From: Minisyncoccota bacterium
GTDB lineage: Bacteria > Patescibacteriota > Minisyncoccia > UBA9983
Direction of reading: 5' to 3'
DNA: 64,000 nucleotides
Assembly (NCBI GenBank): GCA_041648395.1
Contig: JBAZPC010000003.1
Coordinates: 12,801-76,800, forward strand
Shown: positions 58,603 through 64,000 of the stretch, piece after piece
Position numbering within the stretch: the first letter of the stretch is position 1
How the letters are laid out: the number at the start of each line of letters is the position of its first letter
Notes under the pieces: model-generated
Told to the model about the DNA's origin: nothing
Database searches by the model: none
What the model saw: the letters and a program-made list of their open reading frames with translations, nothing else
Program-made: the position numbers and the translations under genes

Positions 58603-59253
58603 ATGTTTTCAATTTCAAGGATACAAACAATTATTGCTGTTCTTTTCCTCTGCGCTCTGATTTTGCCGGGTCTGTTTTATCGTTTGTTTTTTAGGGAAGA
58701 TATCCAAATATTGGCTCCTCAAATAAGAATTACTATTCCTGAGGGTTATACCACAAAAGACATCGCGGAACGCTTGAAAAATTTCAGAAATTTTAACAAA
58801 GAAGAATTTTTAAAAATTGCCGAAGATAAAGAAGGATATTTATTCCCAGACACTTATTTTTTTACCAGCAAGGAAATGCCGGAAGAAATTATAGAAAAGA
58901 TGGAAAATAATTTTAAAGTGAAAGCCGGCGATGTTCAAAAAGATATTCTCATAATGGCGTCCATCATAGAAAAAGAAGCGCGCAACAAAGAAGATAGGAG
59001 AATTATCTCCGGTATTTTATGGAAACGATTGAAAATAAATATGCCCTTGCAGGTGGATGTCAGTTTGTACACTTATGACAATAAAGGTCTTCCTCCAATG
59101 CCGATTTGCAATCCCGGGCTGGATGCCATAGACGCGGCAAAAAACCCTGTTGATTCAAAATATTGGTATTATCTTTCCGACAAAAAGGGTGTGACCCACT
59201 TTGCCAGAACTTTTGAAGAGCATAAGCGGAATAGGGCAAAATATGGCATCTAA
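58603..59253 (+). CDS. mltG: endolytic transglycosylase MltG (short)
   Basis: TIPEG, EGYLFPDTY, ASIIEKE, GLPPMPICNPG. Confidence 0.88.
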   Translation: MFSISRIQTIIAVLFLCALILPGLFYRLFFREDIQILAPQIRITIPEGYTTKDIAERLKNFRNFNKEEFLKIAEDKEGYLFPDTYFFTSKEMPEEIIEKMENNFKVKAGDVQKDILIMASIIEKEARNKEDRRIISGILWKRLKINMPLQVDVSLYTYDNKGLPPMPICNPGLDAIDAAKNPVDSKYWYYLSDKKGVTHFARTFEEHKRNRAKYGI

Positions 59254-60376
59254 AAAACTGAAAGTTTTTGTGGGGATGAGCGGGGGCGTGGACTCTTCTG
59301 TGGCGGCTTTGCTTTTACAAAAACAAAATTATGACTTGGTTGGCTGTTTTATAAAGGGCTGGTACCCGCCCGCCTTCGCAAGCTCAGGCGTTGCGGGCGG
59401 GCCCGCTGGTTTTTATTGTTCCTGGAAAGAAGACAGGCGTGACGTCATGCGCGTGTGCGCCAAGCTCGGCATTCCATTCATCACCATTGATGCGGAAAAA
59501 GAGTATAAGCGCGACGTGGTTGATTACATGCTGCGCGAATACAAGGCGGGACGGACGCCGAATCCCGACGTAATGTGCAATAAAAACATCAAGTTTGGAA
59601 TTTTTTTAAAAAAAGCGCTGGCGATGGGGGCGGATTACATAGCCACAGGGCATTATGTGAAAATTGAAAATTGTAAATTGAAAATTGCTCATGATTTAAA
59701 CAAAGACCAATCTTATTTTCTTTGGACGCTTACGCAAAAGCAATTAAAATACTGCCTTTTTCCGATTGGCGATTTATCAAAACCGCAGGTAAGGGAATTG
59801 GCGAGAAAAAATAATTTGCCCACGGCGGAAAAAGACGAAAGCATGGGTGTTTGTTTTATCGGCGAATTCCCGATGGCGGATTTTCTTAAGAAATATATAA
59901 AAACAAAAAAGGGGAAAGTGGTTACAACAGAGGGGAAGATTATCGGCGAACATGAAGGCGTGATGTTTTATACTATCGGTCAACGTCATGGTTGGGGCGG
60001 GCTTGCCCGCCGAAGCTTTAGCGAAGGCGGGGTGCCGTATTATATCGTGGCAAAAGACATTAAGAAAAATTTAATTATAGTAGCGGATAAAGCGAGCGAG
60101 GAAAATTTTTACAAAAAAGAAGTGGAAATAGAAAATGTAAATTGGATTTCCGGGAAAACGCCACTTGGAAACTTAGTTTCCAAGTTATACAAAGCGCGTA
60201 TTAGATACCGCCAGCCGTTGCAAAATTGCCGCATTAAAATTACAAAAGATGAGAAAAATCAGCGATCGCATAATTATCGAATCTTTTTTACTAGGCCACA
60301 AAGGGCGGTAACCTCGGGTCAGTCGTTGGTTTTGTATGACGGGCAAACAATGCTCGGCGGAGGGATTATAAAATAA
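59243..60376 (+). CDS. mnmA: tRNA 2-thiouridylase
   Basis: MSGGVDSSV, TPNPDVMCN, ATGHY, KDQSYFL. Confidence 0.96.
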   Translation: MASKKLKVFVGMSGGVDSSVAALLLQKQNYDLVGCFIKGWYPPAFASSGVAGGPAGFYCSWKEDRRDVMRVCAKLGIPFITIDAEKEYKRDVVDYMLREYKAGRTPNPDVMCNKNIKFGIFLKKALAMGADYIATGHYVKIENCKLKIAHDLNKDQSYFLWTLTQKQLKYCLFPIGDLSKPQVRELARKNNLPTAEKDESMGVCFIGEFPMADFLKKYIKTKKGKVVTTEGKIIGEHEGVMFYTIGQRHGWGGLARRSFSEGGVPYYIVAKDIKKNLIIVADKASEENFYKKEVEIENVNWISGKTPLGNLVSKLYKARIRYRQPLQNCRIKITKDEKNQRSHNYRIFFTRPQRAVTSGQSLVLYDGQTMLGGGIIK

Positions 60377-60452
60377 GTTGCAAAAAACTGGATAATTTGG
60401 TAGGAATAAAAACAGAAAGAAGCTTAAAAATTTCAAATAAGAAGGAGGATGT

Positions 60453-60887
60453 ATGGTAAAATTGATTGTTTTGGAAACGGATACAACAGAGGAAAACCTT
60501 TTCTTTAACTTAGTCAGCCGCGGGAGATGGGATAGGCCTTATTATTTTTCGGTGGACAATTACGACTGGAGCAAAGGAGTAGTCACTTTTTCAATGCTTT
60601 GCTGTTCGCCGTCGCCTGTAATGAAAGTGGGTATTGCTGGAAATCTGATTGTAACGAGTGAAAAATGTATTGAAGAATTAAAGGATTGGTTGAAAGAATG
60701 GGGCGTACAATCAAGAAAGAAAATGACAAGGTCTTTCTTAGAACCAGCAAAAGCTCAGACCTTTCACAAAAAGTTAAGAGAAGAAGTTTCCGAAAAAGAA
60801 AGGCAAAAGGCAGGAGAAAGGGTTGCAAAAAGGATCAAAAGTTTTCTAAGTGCGGTAGATGAGGACCTTTTGGCAATGTGCAGATAA
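60453..60887 (+). CDS. orphan protein
   Basis: SD AAGGAGG; terminator ~60900-60931. Confidence 0.7.
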   Translation: MVKLIVLETDTTEENLFFNLVSRGRWDRPYYFSVDNYDWSKGVVTFSMLCCSPSPVMKVGIAGNLIVTSEKCIEELKDWLKEWGVQSRKKMTRSFLEPAKAQTFHKKLREEVSEKERQKAGERVAKRIKSFLSAVDEDLLAMCR

Positions 60888-60960
60888 AGGCGATTTTGTA
60901 AAAGCGGGGAGATGATATCAAGCCGCTTTTTATTTTTTGTATTTTATTTATAATACTCTT

Positions 60961-62676
60961 ATGACTTCCCATGAAATTCGTGAAAAATTCTTAAAGTTTT
61001 TTGAGGAAAAAGGGCATGCGGTTATTCCGTCTGCCTCTTTGATTCCTTCGGAAACAGACCCAACTGTGCTTTTTACCACTGCCGGCATGCACCCGTTGGT
61101 GCCTTATCTTTTAGGTGAGGAACATCCAGGCGGGAAGCGCGTGGCGAATTCGCAAAAATGCATCCGCACGGGCGACATAGACGAAGTGGGCGATGAAAGC
61201 CATCTCACTTTTTTTGAAATGTTGGGAAATTGGTCATTTGGGGACTATTTTAAAAAAGAAGCGATTGAATGGAGCTGGGAGTTTTTAACGGATAAAAAAT
61301 GGCTGGGGATTGATAAAAATAAATTAAGCGTGACGGTTTTTGAAGGCGACTCAAACGCCCCGCGCGATGAAGAATCGGCGCAAATTTGGCAGTCACTCGG
61401 CGTGCCAAAAGAAAAAATTTTTTATAAAGGAAAAGAAGATAACTGGTGGGGGCCGGCGGGCGCGACAGGGCCGTGCGGACCATGCACGGAAATGTTTATA
61501 GATAATATGGAGGTGTGGAATGACGTTTTTATGCAATACAACAAAACGGCGGATGGCAGTTTTGAACCACTCAAGCAAAAACCTGCCCGCAATGCTACGC
61601 ATAGCGTTGCAGGCGGGAATGTTGATACGGGGATGGGGCTGGAAAGAATCGCCATGGTGATACAGGGCGTCAATTCAGTTTACGAAACGGATTTGTTTGC
61701 GCCGATAATAAATAAAATAGAAAAGCTATCAGCAAACAGCTATCAGCTATCAGCTAAATCTTATCGCATTATCGCCGACCATATTAAGGCGAGCGTATTT
61801 ATAATTGCCGACGGGGTGATGACGTCCAATACAGGTAAAGGATATGTTTTACGTCGCTTAATAAGGCGCGCGGTAAGACACGGAAAATTATTGGGTATAG
61901 AAAAAGATTTTACAAAAGAAATTGCCGAGGTTGTTGTTGAAATTTATAAAGAACATTATCCAGAGGTAAAGAATAACGAATCAAGAATTATGAATGAATT
62001 GGAAAAAGAGGAAAAGAAATTTAAAGAGACATTAGAAAAAGGTCTGAAAGAATTTGAAAAAGGAACGGAACCATTTATTCTTTTTACGACCTTCGGTTTT
62101 CCGTTTGAATTAACCCAAGAGTTGGCAAAGGAAAAGGGGATTAAAATTGATATTGAAAATTTTAATGAGCAATTAAAAGCTCATCAACAGCTTTCCCGCA
62201 CGGCTTCCGTGGGTATGTTTAAGGGCGGGTTGGCGGACGCGGGTGAGATGACCACAAAATATCATACTGCCACGCATTTGCTTTTGGCGGCGTTAAGAGA
62301 GATTTTAGACGGGGATATAATTCAAAAAGGGAGTAATATCACAGCCGAGCGTTTGCGTTTTGATTTCAATTATCCGCAAAAAATAACAGACGAGCAGATT
62401 AAAAAAATTGAGGACTTAGTTAATGAAAAAATTCAGGAAAAAATTCCGGTGGAAATGATTGAATTGCCGAAAGAAGAAGCGTTGAAGGCGACCAAGTCGT
62501 CTTTTGATGAAGGTAAATACGGAGATATTGTGAAAGTTTATAAAATAGGAAATTTTAGCGTGGAATTGTGTGGCGGACCCCATGTCGCCAATACCGGCGA
62601 ACTCGGCCGTTTTAAAATCACCAAAGAAGAAGCGTCTTCTGCGGGCGTGCGGAGAATCAAGGCGGTATTGGAGTAA
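60961..62676 (+). CDS. alaS: alanyl-tRNA synthetase (short form, no C-Ala domain)
   Basis: FTTAGMHP, HLTFFEMLGN, DTGMGLER, HTATHLL, ELCGGPH. Confidence 0.96.
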   Translation: MTSHEIREKFLKFFEEKGHAVIPSASLIPSETDPTVLFTTAGMHPLVPYLLGEEHPGGKRVANSQKCIRTGDIDEVGDESHLTFFEMLGNWSFGDYFKKEAIEWSWEFLTDKKWLGIDKNKLSVTVFEGDSNAPRDEESAQIWQSLGVPKEKIFYKGKEDNWWGPAGATGPCGPCTEMFIDNMEVWNDVFMQYNKTADGSFEPLKQKPARNATHSVAGGNVDTGMGLERIAMVIQGVNSVYETDLFAPIINKIEKLSANSYQLSAKSYRIIADHIKASVFIIADGVMTSNTGKGYVLRRLIRRAVRHGKLLGIEKDFTKEIAEVVVEIYKEHYPEVKNNESRIMNELEKEEKKFKETLEKGLKEFEKGTEPFILFTTFGFPFELTQELAKEKGIKIDIENFNEQLKAHQQLSRTASVGMFKGGLADAGEMTTKYHTATHLLLAALREILDGDIIQKGSNITAERLRFDFNYPQKITDEQIKKIEDLVNEKIQEKIPVEMIELPKEEALKATKSSFDEGKYGDIVKVYKIGNFSVELCGGPHVANTGELGRFKITKEEASSAGVRRIKAVLE

Positions 62677-62695
62677 AAATGTTATAATTCAACCA

Positions 62696-63880
62696 ATGAG
62701 TTTTTTAGGAAAAAAGAAGGATGAAATTATTGCCGTCATAAATATCGGCAGCGCTTCGGTTAGCGGAATGATGGTAAAAAAATCGGCCGGCAATCCGCCG
62801 GCTGGCGGAGCCGAAATAATAACCAGCGCCAAAATTCCAGTAAACTTTCTAGCAGATGTGGATTATGCCGCCTTTTGGCGATGCACTTGCGACTCGCTTA
62901 AAAAAGTCATTGATAAATTGCTGGTTGGTTATCCAAAAGGCCCCGATAAAGTTCTTTGTGTTTTTTCGCCTCTTTGGGGAATTTCCCAGACAAGGGTGAT
63001 AAGAGTGAGGAGGGAGGAACCGTTCACGGCGACTCAAGAATTTCTGGATGAACTTATTGATAACGAAATAAAAATTTTTCAAGCCCAATGGCACAATAGA
63101 ATCCCGTATCTGAAAGACGATTCAGAGCTGGTTGAGAAAGAAATAATCAAAACAACTTTAAACGGCTACAGCGTAAAAAATCCGTTTGGCAAAAAAGCAA
63201 AAAAGATGGATGTTTTTGTACATTTGAGTTTGGTAGTAAGGGGGGCGAAGGACTCTATCCAAAAATATTTTTTTGATAATTTTGGAGATGTGCTGGTTGT
63301 TTTCCATACCTTGCCTTTTGTTGTTTTTTCCTCGCTGAAAGGCATAATAAACGCGGAGGAGGGATTCCTTTTTTCCGACATCGGCGGAGAGACAAGCGAC
63401 ATCTCTCTCGTGCGTAAAAATATTATTGAAGAAACTTTGACCTTTCCGCGCGGGAGGAATTTTTTAATAAGAAACATAGCCAAAGAATTTAAAACTTTCA
63501 TTGATGAGGCAAAATCGCTTCTGGCGAGCTTTAGGAAGGGAGATTTAAACAAAGCGTCTTCTGATAAAATTTCAGCAGTCATAAACGCCGCTCAAGCAGA
63601 ATGGTGCGGATTTGCGGAAAAGGCGCTGGGGGAAATTTATCAAAATTCGCCGTTACCGATGGCTTTTATAATGGTAAGTGACGAAAATGTCGGACAGGAA
63701 TTTTCCGAATGCGCCAAGAACGAATCTTTCGCGAAATTCACCGTCCTCGGCAAGCCGTTTGATGTAAAACAAATTTCCGCCGACGCCTTAAAACACAACT
63801 TCAAATTCAAGCGCAGCTTTGCGCAAGACAACGACGTCTTCCTGATGCTCATCTCCCTCTTCGCCGACAAAAATTTGTAA
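62696..63880 (+). CDS. FtsA-like actin-fold protein
   Basis: INIGSASV, DIGGETSDI. Confidence 0.6.
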   Translation: MSFLGKKKDEIIAVINIGSASVSGMMVKKSAGNPPAGGAEIITSAKIPVNFLADVDYAAFWRCTCDSLKKVIDKLLVGYPKGPDKVLCVFSPLWGISQTRVIRVRREEPFTATQEFLDELIDNEIKIFQAQWHNRIPYLKDDSELVEKEIIKTTLNGYSVKNPFGKKAKKMDVFVHLSLVVRGAKDSIQKYFFDNFGDVLVVFHTLPFVVFSSLKGIINAEEGFLFSDIGGETSDISLVRKNIIEETLTFPRGRNFLIRNIAKEFKTFIDEAKSLLASFRKGDLNKASSDKISAVINAAQAEWCGFAEKALGEIYQNSPLPMAFIMVSDENVGQEFSECAKNESFAKFTVLGKPFDVKQISADALKHNFKFKRSFAQDNDVFLMLISLFADKNL

Positions 63881-64000
63881 AGGTGTAGAAAAACACGAAA
63901 AATAGCACAAAAAATAACACAGAAATAAATTTTCAATGCAAAGTATCCCCTAACCATTGCTATCGCATCGTATAGGTGATAGTATGAGTTAGTATGAAGT

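Larger units (their letters stand above)
2763..61617. repeat. dispersed hairpin family B/C, CCTGCC/GCCCGC...GGCGGG
   Basis: 2763, 7015, 41169 (21 bp); 30056 (24 bp); 33905, 41671, 59365; 60002 (30 bp); 61582 (36 bp). Confidence 0.88.
7237..62809. repeat. dispersed palindrome family A, TCCGCCAGCTGGCGGA, 8 intragenic copies
   Basis: 7237 (variant), 11467, 15289, 23226 (variant), 44140, 44415, 54459, 62794 (variant). Confidence 0.9.

Noticed and set aside
58576-58605. TAG of the 57406 gene is in frame with mltG with no intervening stop (possible amber readthrough fusion)
   Set aside because: Easily occurs by chance; mltG has its own ATG and N-terminal TM, and other TAG stops checked show no such fusion
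63888-63970. Short AAAATARCACA direct repeats and a TGCTATCGC core near the window end
   Set aside because: Low complexity, and the core lacks the flanking stem of the 36-bp motif; context is cut by the window edge

Overview
This 64-kb window is bacterial and reads as genetic code 11. The gene set (short AlaRS, VirD4/HerA-like ATPase, GT-C glycosyltransferases, mostly SD-less core genes) points to Patescibacteria/Parcubacteria (CPR); this is an inference. The backbone is housekeeping genes: smc 3' end, rpsP, khpA, trmD, htrA, clpB, rpmG, miaA/miaB, parB, rel, topA, dprA, serS, dnaX, typA, rlmB, fmt, def, priA, murA, mreB, nfo, ychF, leuS, mltG, mnmA, alaS. Superimposed on it is an unusual layer of small mobile or parasitic DNA. 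(1) About 35 short palindromic elements and 7-bp tandem arrays sit in frame inside housekeeping genes, and some sit inside tRNA remnants. (2) A one-cassette integron-like locus has an integrase that lacks the IntI-specific insertion and a cassette that folds as nested long inverted repeats. (3) There is a tRNA gene with an amber (CUA) anticodon and a second atypical tRNA. (4) A tRNA-Leu is nested inside a palindrome inside another tRNA-Leu, and tRNA-Gln is flanked by two nuclease cassettes that duplicate its ends. (5) An MNT-HEPN pair is inserted at the smc 3' end with a 20-bp duplication. (6) About ten self-contained orphan cassettes (promoter + strong SD + terminator) occur, and a 36-bp stem-loop with covarying stem lies beside three accessory inserts.
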